A DNA stretch of 64,000 bases from the NCBI GenBank assembly GCA_947503005.1, contig CANNCA010000004.1, positions 144,324 through 208,323 of the forward strand. Reading direction: 5' to 3'. This DNA comes from an uncultured Flavobacteriaceae bacterium (GTDB taxonomy: Bacteria; Bacteroidota; Bacteroidia; Flavobacteriales; Flavobacteriaceae). Numbering within the stretch: the first letter of the stretch is position 1; every line of letters starts with the position of its first letter. The position numbers and the translations under genes are program-made. The notes below the pieces were generated by a model. The model saw only the letters and a list, made by a program, of their open reading frames with translations. It was not told the DNA's origin and ran no database searches. Of this stretch, positions 54,177 to 63,498 are shown one piece after another.

Positions 54177-56024
54177 ATGTGTGGTATTCTAGGGTCGATT
54201 AATCGGTATTTTGACGAGAAGACGCTTGATTTAATTAAGCATCGAGGCCCTGATGATTTTGGTGTTGATTCATTTGAGGTCAATGGCCACGACGTTCTTT
54301 TTGGACAAAGAAGATTATCGATTATTGATTTATCTCCTGCGGGTCACCAACCGATGATTTCCTCTTGCAAAAACTTTGCCCTGATTTTCAATGGAGAAAT
54401 TTATAACCATTTAAAGCTGCGAGAAAAACTTCCTGACGGTGTTATTTTTAAAGGTCATTCCGACACTGAAACTATTCTACAATATTTAATCCATTACGGA
54501 ACGGAGCGAATTGTTGATTTTAATGGAATATTCGCTATCGCCTTTCTAGATATTAAGAAGAATGAGTTGACTTTGGCTCGAGACCCATTCGGTGTGAAGC
54601 CTTTATATTATTTTCAAAATGAAACGGAATTAATTTTTTCATCTGAAATTCGGCCTATCAAATCAATGATAAAGTCTGCCAAGTTAAATGAAGATGCATT
54701 AGCAAGTCTACTTAGATTGCGCTATAATTCGTCTCCAAATACATTATACGATACCATACAAAAAATTGCTCCAGGGCATTTTAATAAAATTAACCTAGGC
54801 GCTAATACACTAAAATCTGAATCAAAATATTTTGCAAGTCCGCTTCCAGAAGTTGTAAACGATAAAAAAGAAGTGCTTGTTAAAGCTTATGGCGTTGAAC
54901 TAGAGAAAGCAGTAAAGCGACAGCTTTTAGCAGATGTTGAAGTAGGAATTCTGCTAAGTGGCGGAATTGATTCTGCAGTAATCGCATCATTAGCAAAAAA
55001 ACACTACGGTGGAAAATTAAAAGCCTTTACAATTGGTTTTGAAGGTGAATTTGAGGAGGATGAAATAGCAGATGCCAAAGAAACTGCTAAAATTCTAGGC
55101 TTAGAGCATCACATAAAAAAAATATCATTTACTGATTTCTTAGGCCTTATAAAAGAATGTTCACGAATTGTGGAAGAACCACTAGCGACAACCTCAATGA
55201 TACCTATGTACTATTTAGCAGAATTAGCTGCTAAAAAAGTAAAGGTTGTCTTGACTGGCCAAGGCGCTGATGAACCTTTAGGAGGTTACACCAGATACAA
55301 ATCAGAGATTATAAGAAAGAAGATTCCTGCTCCATTTAGAAAAGTAGTTCAGCCGGTCGCACAACTTGTCGGAAGTAAGAACGAACAATTATTAAGAGGA
55401 GCAAAATCTATCGGGATATCAGACGAAATTGAACGTTTTTTATCGGTTTACGAAATGTTTTCTGTAGAAGAGATAAAGAAATTAATTTCAGTTGAGGATA
55501 CCTTGAGTGCAAAAGAGGTCAATAACTTTCATAAGTTACTTGACTGTAATTCAAGAGTGCATGCTGCTGAAAAGATGATGGCGATTGATACAAGAATGAA
55601 TTTATCAGATGATCTTCTCACGTATACGGATAAGATTACCATGAATTTTTCTTTAGAATGTCGAGTACCAATGCTTGATGTGGAGTTGGTATGTTTTATG
55701 GAAGCACTTCCATTAGACCTGAAACTAAACACCAGACTGGGAAAAATAATTCATAAAGAATACGCCAAAAGTATATTGCCTGACCGCATTATAAATCGAC
55801 CTAAAAAAGGATTTCAATCACCTACCAATAAGTGGTTTCGTGAAGAAATGGAAACTTTGAAGGAAATTTTATTAACCAAAGATTCAGAATTTTCTAAAGT
55901 ATTCAATCAAGACTATCTATCAGAAATTCTAGAACAACATAGCAATGGTTACAATAAGGAAAAACAAATTTTTCTTTTGCTGAGTATTTACTATTGGTTT
56001 GAATCTAATAAAGAAAACGCCTAA
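54177..56024 (+). CDS. Asparagine synthase (glutamine-hydrolysing)-family amidotransferase
   Basis: The N-terminal nucleophile motif MCGILG starts at the ATG at 54177. It has a PP-loop (GILLSGGIDSAVIASL). The track ORF opens earlier, at 54084. Confidence 0.85.
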   Translation: MCGILGSINRYFDEKTLDLIKHRGPDDFGVDSFEVNGHDVLFGQRRLSIIDLSPAGHQPMISSCKNFALIFNGEIYNHLKLREKLPDGVIFKGHSDTETILQYLIHYGTERIVDFNGIFAIAFLDIKKNELTLARDPFGVKPLYYFQNETELIFSSEIRPIKSMIKSAKLNEDALASLLRLRYNSSPNTLYDTIQKIAPGHFNKINLGANTLKSESKYFASPLPEVVNDKKEVLVKAYGVELEKAVKRQLLADVEVGILLSGGIDSAVIASLAKKHYGGKLKAFTIGFEGEFEEDEIADAKETAKILGLEHHIKKISFTDFLGLIKECSRIVEEPLATTSMIPMYYLAELAAKKVKVVLTGQGADEPLGGYTRYKSEIIRKKIPAPFRKVVQPVAQLVGSKNEQLLRGAKSIGISDEIERFLSVYEMFSVEEIKKLISVEDTLSAKEVNNFHKLLDCNSRVHAAEKMMAIDTRMNLSDDLLTYTDKITMNFSLECRVPMLDVELVCFMEALPLDLKLNTRLGKIIHKEYAKSILPDRIINRPKKGFQSPTNKWFREEMETLKEILLTKDSEFSKVFNQDYLSEILEQHSNGYNKEKQIFLLLSIYYWFESNKENA

Positions 56025-56725
56025 TGGTTTCAGAAATATTTAACGGTGTCAAAACGTATGTTCCAAAAACGCGAAAAGAGTTGATGGAATATGTGTTTCA
56101 ACATAAAAGCATTTTGATAGCTGTAAATGCCGAAAAAATCCATCATGCGACAGATGCCACTCGAAGTATTATAAATCGAAATGTTGGTTATCCCGATGGA
56201 ATGGGGGCCGTTTGGGCGATACAAAAAAGAGGACACAAAGATATCGATAGAATTCCCGGTTGTGAATTGTGGCTTGATATTATTGCGGAATTTGAAAATA
56301 CCAAGTCATTTTATTTAGTCGGTGGAAAGGATGAAATCATAGAAAAAACGATTTCAAACTTAAAATCAGAGTTTCCTAAGATTAACATTCTAGGCTATCG
56401 CAACGGCTATTTGAAAGAAGATAGTGAGCGTTTAGCTTTAATCGAAGATATAGCACAGAAGAAACCAGATGTTGTTTTTGTGGCTATGGGGTCTCCGAAA
56501 CAAGAATTAATAATGGAAGAAATGCATCAAAAACACCCCGCAGTGTACCAAGGTCTAGGCGGTAGTTTTGATGTATATACAGGTATAGTAAATCGCGCGT
56601 CTAAATGGTGGCTTGATAATAAATTAGAGGGTGTTTACCGAACAATGATGGAGCCTAGAAAGCGCATTATGCGTGACATTCGCCTAATTCCTTATTTTAT
56701 AAAATTGCTTTTCAATAAACTATGA
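56024..56725 (+). CDS. WecB/TagA/CpsF-family (GT26) glycosyltransferase
   Basis: 233 aa with VFVAMGSPKQE and GVGGSFD-like (GLGGSFDVYTG) motifs. Its start overlaps the upstream stop (TAATG). Confidence 0.8.
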   Translation: MVSEIFNGVKTYVPKTRKELMEYVFQHKSILIAVNAEKIHHATDATRSIINRNVGYPDGMGAVWAIQKRGHKDIDRIPGCELWLDIIAEFENTKSFYLVGGKDEIIEKTISNLKSEFPKINILGYRNGYLKEDSERLALIEDIAQKKPDVVFVAMGSPKQELIMEEMHQKHPAVYQGLGGSFDVYTGIVNRASKWWLDNKLEGVYRTMMEPRKRIMRDIRLIPYFIKLLFNKL

Positions 56726-57699
56726 TACAATTTTTAACATGCGATGATAACAACGCATGGAACGAATTTTTGGAAAAAGAAAAAGACAATCAAATAATCA
56801 CGATTGCCCATAACCCTTGCCTTGGTTCGATTCTTACAAAAACTTTTGGCTATAAAAGCCACAACAAATTGATAGTAAAAGGAGCAAAACTGGTAGGGGT
56901 CATGCCTTCAGTACTATTTCGAAATAGAGTAGTTTCAATGCCGCATTTCTCATATGGCGGGCCAATAATAGATAGCAGTGAAGATATTGAGGTGGATTTG
57001 CATGCCCTTACTGATGGAAAAAAATATGAAATAAGAAGTTTTTCGAAATTATCAGAACATGTATATGATAAAAAAATTAGTTGTGTTTTAAATGTACATG
57101 AATCTGTAGATGTGCAGATGATGAGTTTAAAATCTAAGTTACGTCAGAAAATCAGGAAGGCTGAAAAATTAGGGTATACTACTAAAATTGGTGGGCAAGA
57201 ATTGCTTGATGAATTTTATTGGGGATATTCTCGTAAAATGTTAGAATTTGGCTCTCCACCTCTAGGAAAAATATTTTTTAAGAATCTGTTAGCAGATTAC
57301 AAGTATGGAGAAGTACAAATAGCCGTTATATATGATGGTGATAAAATAATTGCTTCAGGTATGGCATTGTCTTATTTAAACTTTAATGAAGTGTGTTGGT
57401 CCTCAACTGATAGCGCGTATAATAGATTTAACATTCACGCTTTGATATGCTGGGAATTGTTAAAGTCTTCTGTGGAAAAAAGGCATAAATATTTTTCTTT
57501 TGGCAGATCTACAATTGATAGTAATAATCACCGATTTAAAAAACAATGGAATCCGTTAGAACTACCCATTTCTTATAATTATTCCGAACCCATTGGAAAA
57601 TCAATTAGGGAACTTAGTTTCTTAACAAAAATTTGGAAACGCCAGCCGTTAATAACCTCGGTTTATTTTGGGCACATAGTTTCAAAATATATTTACTAA
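56722..57699 (+). CDS. FemAB-like / GNAT-fold acyl(aminoacyl)transferase, copy 1
   Basis: 325 aa. It resembles the FemAB-related proteins found beside AsnB-like and DUF3473 deacetylase genes in EPS loci (...GSPPLGKIFFKNLL..., ...FGRSTIDSNNHRFKKQW...). It has an ATGA overlap with the upstream gene. Confidence 0.6.
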   Translation: MIQFLTCDDNNAWNEFLEKEKDNQIITIAHNPCLGSILTKTFGYKSHNKLIVKGAKLVGVMPSVLFRNRVVSMPHFSYGGPIIDSSEDIEVDLHALTDGKKYEIRSFSKLSEHVYDKKISCVLNVHESVDVQMMSLKSKLRQKIRKAEKLGYTTKIGGQELLDEFYWGYSRKMLEFGSPPLGKIFFKNLLADYKYGEVQIAVIYDGDKIIASGMALSYLNFNEVCWSSTDSAYNRFNIHALICWELLKSSVEKRHKYFSFGRSTIDSNNHRFKKQWNPLELPISYNYSEPIGKSIRELSFLTKIWKRQPLITSVYFGHIVSKYIY

Positions 57700-57756
57700 A
57701 ATTAGTACTCAGTTTTAAATTAAGCCACTGATAGCAGAGCACTACAAAATAATAAT

Positions 57757-58734
57757 ATGATTGAATTTACGTCAAGTAGCGATAATAATACTTGGAACGA
57801 ATTTTTAGAAAAGGAAAAGGACAATCAAATGATTACGATAGCCCATAATCCTTGCCTTGGTTCGATTCTATCAAAAACTTTTGGCTATAAAAGCCAGAAT
57901 AAATTGATGGTGAAAGACGGAAAGATTATAGGCGTTATGCCAGTGGTACTGTTTGGAAACAAAATAATTTCGATGCCTCATTTTTCTTATGGTGGCCCGA
58001 TAATAAGTACCAGTGAAGATATTGAGGTGGATTTAAATGCCCTTACTGAAGGAAAAAAATTTGAAATCAGAAGTTTTTCTAAATGGTCGAATTATTTCGA
58101 GGACGAAAAAATGACTTTTGTTGTGGAATTGGATAAATCTGTCGATGAACATTTTCAAAGCTTCGTATCTAAATTTCGAAATAAGATTAGAAAGGCAATT
58201 AAAATGGGATTTAAGGTGAAACAGGGTGGAGAAGAATTGTTGAATGATTTTTATCTTCTTTATTCTCGAAGAATGTTACAAAAAGGATCTCCCCCTCTAG
58301 GGAAGCTTTTTTTTCAAAATATACTTAGTAATTATGAATATGGAGAGTTTGAAATTACGATTGTGTACGATGATAAAAAACCAATTGCGGCCGGTTTTTC
58401 ATTGTCATATCTTGATTTTAATGAGATTTGTTGGGCAAGCACTGATCATAATTATAATAGGTACAATGTGAATTCATTTCTATATTGGAATGTGGTTGTG
58501 TCTTCGATAACTAAGAATTTTCGATACTTTTCAATGGGCAGATCAACAGTGAACAGTAATAATCATCTCTACAAAAAACAATGGAACCCGATAGAGCTAC
58601 CTATTTATTATAATTATTCAGAACCCATAGGGAAATCAATTAAAAAATTCACATTTCTAACTAAGATTTGGAAACTGCAACCGCTCAGGACGTCGGTCTA
58701 TTTCGGTCATTTAGTTTCTAAACATGTCTATTAA
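57757..58734 (+). CDS. FemAB-like / GNAT-fold acyl(aminoacyl)transferase, copy 2 (tandem paralog)
   Basis: 325 aa, the same length as copy 1 and colinear with it. The N- and C-terminal thirds are nearly identical and the centre is divergent. Confidence 0.6.
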   Translation: MIEFTSSSDNNTWNEFLEKEKDNQMITIAHNPCLGSILSKTFGYKSQNKLMVKDGKIIGVMPVVLFGNKIISMPHFSYGGPIISTSEDIEVDLNALTEGKKFEIRSFSKWSNYFEDEKMTFVVELDKSVDEHFQSFVSKFRNKIRKAIKMGFKVKQGGEELLNDFYLLYSRRMLQKGSPPLGKLFFQNILSNYEYGEFEITIVYDDKKPIAAGFSLSYLDFNEICWASTDHNYNRYNVNSFLYWNVVVSSITKNFRYFSMGRSTVNSNNHLYKKQWNPIELPIYYNYSEPIGKSIKKFTFLTKIWKLQPLRTSVYFGHLVSKHVY

Positions 58735-58756
58735 GACATGAATAAATGGTAATAAA

Positions 58757-59608
58757 ATGAATATACTAACATTTGATATTGAAGAATGGTTTCATATTCT
58801 AGACAATGAGTCTACGAAAACGGAGAAAGAGTGGTCAAATCTTGAACCACGAATTCATCAGAATATGGAAAGCATATATGAGATTCTGGATGACTCCAAG
58901 GTAAGCGCTACTTTTTTTGTGGTGGGTTGGATGGCAGAGCGCTTTCCTTATGTCATTCAGGAGATTGCCGATAGAGGTTATGAAATTGGAAGTCACACAC
59001 ATTTGCATCAGTTGGTGTACGAACAAGATCGAATTACCTTTTTTAAGGATGTTGAAAAATCGATTAAGACCATTGAAGATTGTACTTCTAAGAAGGTAAG
59101 GTCGTTTAGGGCTCCCGGTTTTTCGATTACGGAGCAAAATAAATGGGCATTCGAGGTATTGTATGAATTGGGTATCACAGTTGATTCTTCAGTGTTTCCA
59201 GCAAGTCGCGCTCATGGGGGACTGCCAGCTTACGAGACCGATAAACCGTCTATCTTGAAGTATAACGGGGTTATATTAAAAGAATTCCCCATAAATACCA
59301 GGTCTGTTTTTGGTAAACCGGTAATTTTTTCTGGTGGAGGCTATTTTCGATTGTTCCCTTATCCTTTTATTAAAAATTGCACAAAAAATTCGGACTACAT
59401 CATGACCTATTTTCATCCAAGGGATTTTGATCATGAGCAACCGATGATAGAGGGTCTATCACCTTCGAGAAAGTTCAAGTCATACGTAGGCTTGAAGTCG
59501 TGCAAACCAAAATTGAAGAAATGGATAAACGATTTTGATTTTATTGATTTGAACCAAGCCATCGCCCAAGTCGACTGGGAAAATGCCGATACCGTAGTTT
59601 TAGATTAG
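58757..59608 (+). CDS. Polysaccharide deacetylase (CE4-like, DUF3473-type)
   Basis: 283 aa. Motifs: LTFDIEEWFH, ATFFVVGW and EIGSHTHLHQ. The C-terminal region is typical of the EPS-locus deacetylase subfamily. Confidence 0.75.
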   Translation: MNILTFDIEEWFHILDNESTKTEKEWSNLEPRIHQNMESIYEILDDSKVSATFFVVGWMAERFPYVIQEIADRGYEIGSHTHLHQLVYEQDRITFFKDVEKSIKTIEDCTSKKVRSFRAPGFSITEQNKWAFEVLYELGITVDSSVFPASRAHGGLPAYETDKPSILKYNGVILKEFPINTRSVFGKPVIFSGGGYFRLFPYPFIKNCTKNSDYIMTYFHPRDFDHEQPMIEGLSPSRKFKSYVGLKSCKPKLKKWINDFDFIDLNQAIAQVDWENADTVVLD

Positions 59609-59675
59609 TTGATAGCACAAAAGAAAGAATCAGAGGTTGTTGAATACCTCTGGTAGCAAAAATAATTTTCAAAAA

Positions 59676-60773
59676 ATGAAAAAAATAACATTAATAGCGG
59701 GTGCACGGCCGAATTTTATGAAAATCGCACCTATCATACATGCCATCAAGGCCGCCCAACAAGAAGGAAAAGAGCTATCATATCGATTGGTTCACACGGG
59801 GCAGCATTATGACAAGAAAATGTCCGGAGACTTTTTTGAACAGTTGGAAATTCCAGAGCCAGATACTAATTTAGAAGCTGGTGGTGGCACCCAAGCAGAG
59901 CAAACGGCTGCGATTATGATCGGGTTCGAAGAAGAGCTTTTAAATAATCCAGCCGACCTTGTGCTCGTCGTAGGGGATGTGACTTCAACGATGGCCTGTG
60001 CCATTGTAGCACAAAAACTACATACAAAGGTGGCTCATGTTGAGGGGGGTATTCGGTCTAATGATTGGACAATGCCCGAGGAAATCAACCGTTTGGTGAC
60101 CGATGCGATTACAAATTATTTCTTCACCACTTCAGAAGTGGCCAATACCAATTTGAGAAATAGTGGTGTTAAAGACGAGCAGATATTTTACGTGGGCAAT
60201 ACCATGATCGATACGCTAATAAAACAGCGACCACGTTTTCGCAAGCCTCAAGTATGGGATAAGTTGAAATTGAAGCATAAAAATTTTCTGGTCATGACCT
60301 TACATCGTCCTGCAAACGTTGATGAAGAAAGTCAATTAAAGGCTTTGATAGACGAATTGATCTTACATTCTAGTGACTTACCGTTGATTTTTCCAGTTCA
60401 TCCGCGAACGGCGAAAATTCTTGAAAAACTCAAAATTGGGCATCCAAGGTTGCATATGATCGATCCTCTGGGATATTTGGAGTTCAATTATCTGGTCGAA
60501 AATTCAATGGCCGTCATTACCGATTCAGGTGGTATAACCGAGGAGACTACCGTCATGGGCATACCGTGTATGACCCTGAGGGACAATACAGAACGCCCAG
60601 AGACCATAACGGAGGGTACCAACGAACTCTTGGGCACGGACCCTCATTCCATAGAACCAGCAATGGAAAAATTACTTTCCGGAAACTGGAAAACAGGGGG
60701 AATTCCCCATTTATGGGATGGTAAAACGGCTCCACGTATTATCGATAAAATATTAGGATTCAACGATTTATAA
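59676..60773 (+). CDS. wecB: UDP-N-acetylglucosamine 2-epimerase (non-hydrolysing)
   Basis: It starts MKKITLIAGARPNFMKIAP at the ATG at 59676. Motifs: HTGQHYD, HVEGGIRS and DSGGITEE. Confidence 0.88.
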   Translation: MKKITLIAGARPNFMKIAPIIHAIKAAQQEGKELSYRLVHTGQHYDKKMSGDFFEQLEIPEPDTNLEAGGGTQAEQTAAIMIGFEEELLNNPADLVLVVGDVTSTMACAIVAQKLHTKVAHVEGGIRSNDWTMPEEINRLVTDAITNYFFTTSEVANTNLRNSGVKDEQIFYVGNTMIDTLIKQRPRFRKPQVWDKLKLKHKNFLVMTLHRPANVDEESQLKALIDELILHSSDLPLIFPVHPRTAKILEKLKIGHPRLHMIDPLGYLEFNYLVENSMAVITDSGGITEETTVMGIPCMTLRDNTERPETITEGTNELLGTDPHSIEPAMEKLLSGNWKTGGIPHLWDGKTAPRIIDKILGFNDL

Positions 60774-60952
60774 TTTTCTTCGCCTTAGTTATACCTAATT
60801 TTACAGATTGGGGCTAACAATGTTCTTTTGATAAGAACGTTAAGTAATGATATTAAGCCGAAAGATGACGGCCAATTTTTGTTTTGTAAGCAAATTTTGA
60901 GCCTTACTAGCAAAACAAATTATTCAAAAAAGAAATAGTGTACCGGTAGATA

Positions 60953-63343
60953 ATGAGAGAAACTCCCAACATGTTGGATTTTAAAGAAGAGGATAAACCC
61001 ATCGCTTTCATGGACATACTTTTGAAATATCTCCGTTATTGGCCTTGGTTTTTGATTAGCTGTGCCTTGTTTCTGGCACTTGGTTATTATTATGAAAAGT
61101 ATGCTCCAAAAACCTATAGCACGGTTGCCAAGGTTAAAATACTAGACGCTGACAAGCAATCGAAGATAATTCCTAATGAAGTCGCCATGACCAATCAAAA
61201 CATGCGACTTAATTTACAAAATCATGTTGAAGTCTTGAAATCGTATCGACTCCTGAACGATGTAGCTCGAGAATTAAAATTGGATATCGAATATTACGAA
61301 TTAGATGAATTATTTTTTACCCAGGTTTACGATGTACCTTTTGAAGTGACGAAAGATATTTCTGAAGAAGCATTGATAAAGCCTTTGAAATATGAGGTAA
61401 TGTTAAGCACCTCGGGTTTTAATATTACCGATGAAGCAGGAAAAAAGTTTATTCTCCCCTATGATAAAACAAACTCATCGGTAGGTGACAATCTTCCCTT
61501 TGCACTTAATTTGATTGAAATAGCGAATATAAGGGATTATAAAAACAGTAGATATAAAATTGTAATCAGGCAAGAGAAGCAGGCCACTTTGTTACTTGCG
61601 AAAGAATTGAAAATCTCAACATCGAAAAAGGAAAGTGACATTATTACTTTATCGTTAAAGGGGCAAAGTCAAGATTTGTCGGAAGCAATATTGAATTCGA
61701 TAGTAAAGAATTTTGATGAAGATGGCGTTTCGGATCGGCAGTTGGTTGCCAAACGAACATTGGAAGTTATCGACAAGCGTTTTATTTATTTAACTCGTGA
61801 ATTAGACTCTATCGAAGCGGGTAAGGAAAGTTTTAAGAAAACAGAAAACTTATCTTTTATACAAGCCGATGCCGATGTAAGCTTACGTAGAAAGTCTGCT
61901 GCCAATTCAAGGATGGCACAGTTACAAACTCAAATTTCGCTTTCAAAACTTTTAAAAAGGACTGTTTCTGAAGAAATCGAGTACAATTTGTTGCCCGGTA
62001 ATATTGGTTTGGATAACCAAGGATTGAACGAGTTGGTGAGCAAGTACAATGAAATGGCCAGAGAAAGACAGAAACTGCTTGTCACCGTGGGTGCGAATCA
62101 TCCACGATTAAAAGCTTTGTCAGAGCAGATGGAGCTTGGCAAACTGAATATTTTGAATTCCGTGAATGTTTACGAATCACAAATAGATGTTTCATTACAA
62201 CGATTGAACCGTGAACAGCAAAATGCGGGATTTTCTTTTTCAAGGCTACCTGAAAAGGAGCGAATGTTAAGGGCTATCGAACGACAGCAAAGTATCAAAG
62301 AAAATTTATACCTATTACTCTTGAGAAAGCGTGAAGAAGCCGCTATAGATTATGCAGCGACAACTCCTACAGTCAAGGTTGTGGATTATGGGTTAACCGC
62401 CATAAAACCAATGTGGCCCAAGAAAACAATAGTGTATCCTTTATCGCTAATATTGGGTATGTTAATGCCTTTTATGTTCGTTTATATTCGTTCGGCTCTT
62501 GATACTAAAGTACACGACCGTTTGGATATTGAAAAAATCAATCCTGAGATACCTATTTTAATAGAAATTCCTTTTTTTACTAAGGAGAAAAGTTTTGCCG
62601 ATGTCAATGATCGATCAGCTTTGGCCGAATCTTTTAGAATTTTAAGCACAAATACTGATTACTTGTTGTCTTCTAAAGATTTAGATGACGGTAAAGTGAT
62701 TTTTATGACCTCCTCCATAAAAGCAGAGGGTAAAACATTACTAGCTATGAACCTCTCACTGGCCTATGCTAGTATGGGCAAAAAGGTACTGTTAGTTGGT
62801 GCAGACCTAAGAAATCCGCAATTGCACACGTATTTTGACCTGGATAAGAATATACCTGGCTTGGCAGATTATTTAATCAATCCTCGGGTAGCAATGAATG
62901 ATGTCCTACATGACGGATTTTCAGATAATCCGAACCATAAATTATGCTTAAGCGGAGGTATACCCAGAAATGCGCCTATTCTTTTATCGAGCATAAGGTT
63001 TGGCGAATTCATTCGTAAGGCGAAGAAGGAATTTGATTATGTTATTGTTGACACGGCTCCTACAATGCTAGTAACCGATACATTATTGATTTCCAAATAT
63101 GCTGATATTACTTTGTTCACAGTTTGTTCTGGTTATACTGATAAGAAGTTATTACAGTTTTCTAAGGACCTGAACAGAACTAAAAAGTTGAAAAATATGG
63201 CTTATGTACTGAATGCCGTCGGACATACGAAGGGCTCCGAGTACAATTATGGTTACAATTATGGATACGATAATAAGACAGAAGCAAGACCTTGGTATCG
63301 AAAAAAATCAAAAAAGAATAAGCCCCTGAAAAAATCAGCTTAA
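60953..63343 (+). CDS. Wzc/GumC-like polysaccharide co-polymerase with a C-terminal BY-kinase domain
   Basis: 796 aa. It has an N-terminal TM, a Wzz-type coiled-coil periplasmic domain and a second TM. It has Walker A (SSIKAEGKT) and a Walker A'/B-type motif (VIVDTAP). The tail is tyrosine-rich (SEYNYGYNYGYDNK). Confidence 0.85.
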   Translation: MRETPNMLDFKEEDKPIAFMDILLKYLRYWPWFLISCALFLALGYYYEKYAPKTYSTVAKVKILDADKQSKIIPNEVAMTNQNMRLNLQNHVEVLKSYRLLNDVARELKLDIEYYELDELFFTQVYDVPFEVTKDISEEALIKPLKYEVMLSTSGFNITDEAGKKFILPYDKTNSSVGDNLPFALNLIEIANIRDYKNSRYKIVIRQEKQATLLLAKELKISTSKKESDIITLSLKGQSQDLSEAILNSIVKNFDEDGVSDRQLVAKRTLEVIDKRFIYLTRELDSIEAGKESFKKTENLSFIQADADVSLRRKSAANSRMAQLQTQISLSKLLKRTVSEEIEYNLLPGNIGLDNQGLNELVSKYNEMARERQKLLVTVGANHPRLKALSEQMELGKLNILNSVNVYESQIDVSLQRLNREQQNAGFSFSRLPEKERMLRAIERQQSIKENLYLLLLRKREEAAIDYAATTPTVKVVDYGLTAIKPMWPKKTIVYPLSLILGMLMPFMFVYIRSALDTKVHDRLDIEKINPEIPILIEIPFFTKEKSFADVNDRSALAESFRILSTNTDYLLSSKDLDDGKVIFMTSSIKAEGKTLLAMNLSLAYASMGKKVLLVGADLRNPQLHTYFDLDKNIPGLADYLINPRVAMNDVLHDGFSDNPNHKLCLSGGIPRNAPILLSSIRFGEFIRKAKKEFDYVIVDTAPTMLVTDTLLISKYADITLFTVCSGYTDKKLLQFSKDLNRTKKLKNMAYVLNAVGHTKGSEYNYGYNYGYDNKTEARPWYRKKSKKNKPLKKSA

Positions 63344-63498
63344 ATGTTGACGCCACAAACGGATAGTGTACCAATATTATGCCTCTTATTAAAATCTTTT
63401 CAGAATTTCTTCAATTACAAAATCGGATGAACCAGATTTAGGGTAAATTAGTTCTACTGTGGTACCTATTTTAATCACGCTACTAATACCAATTTCAC

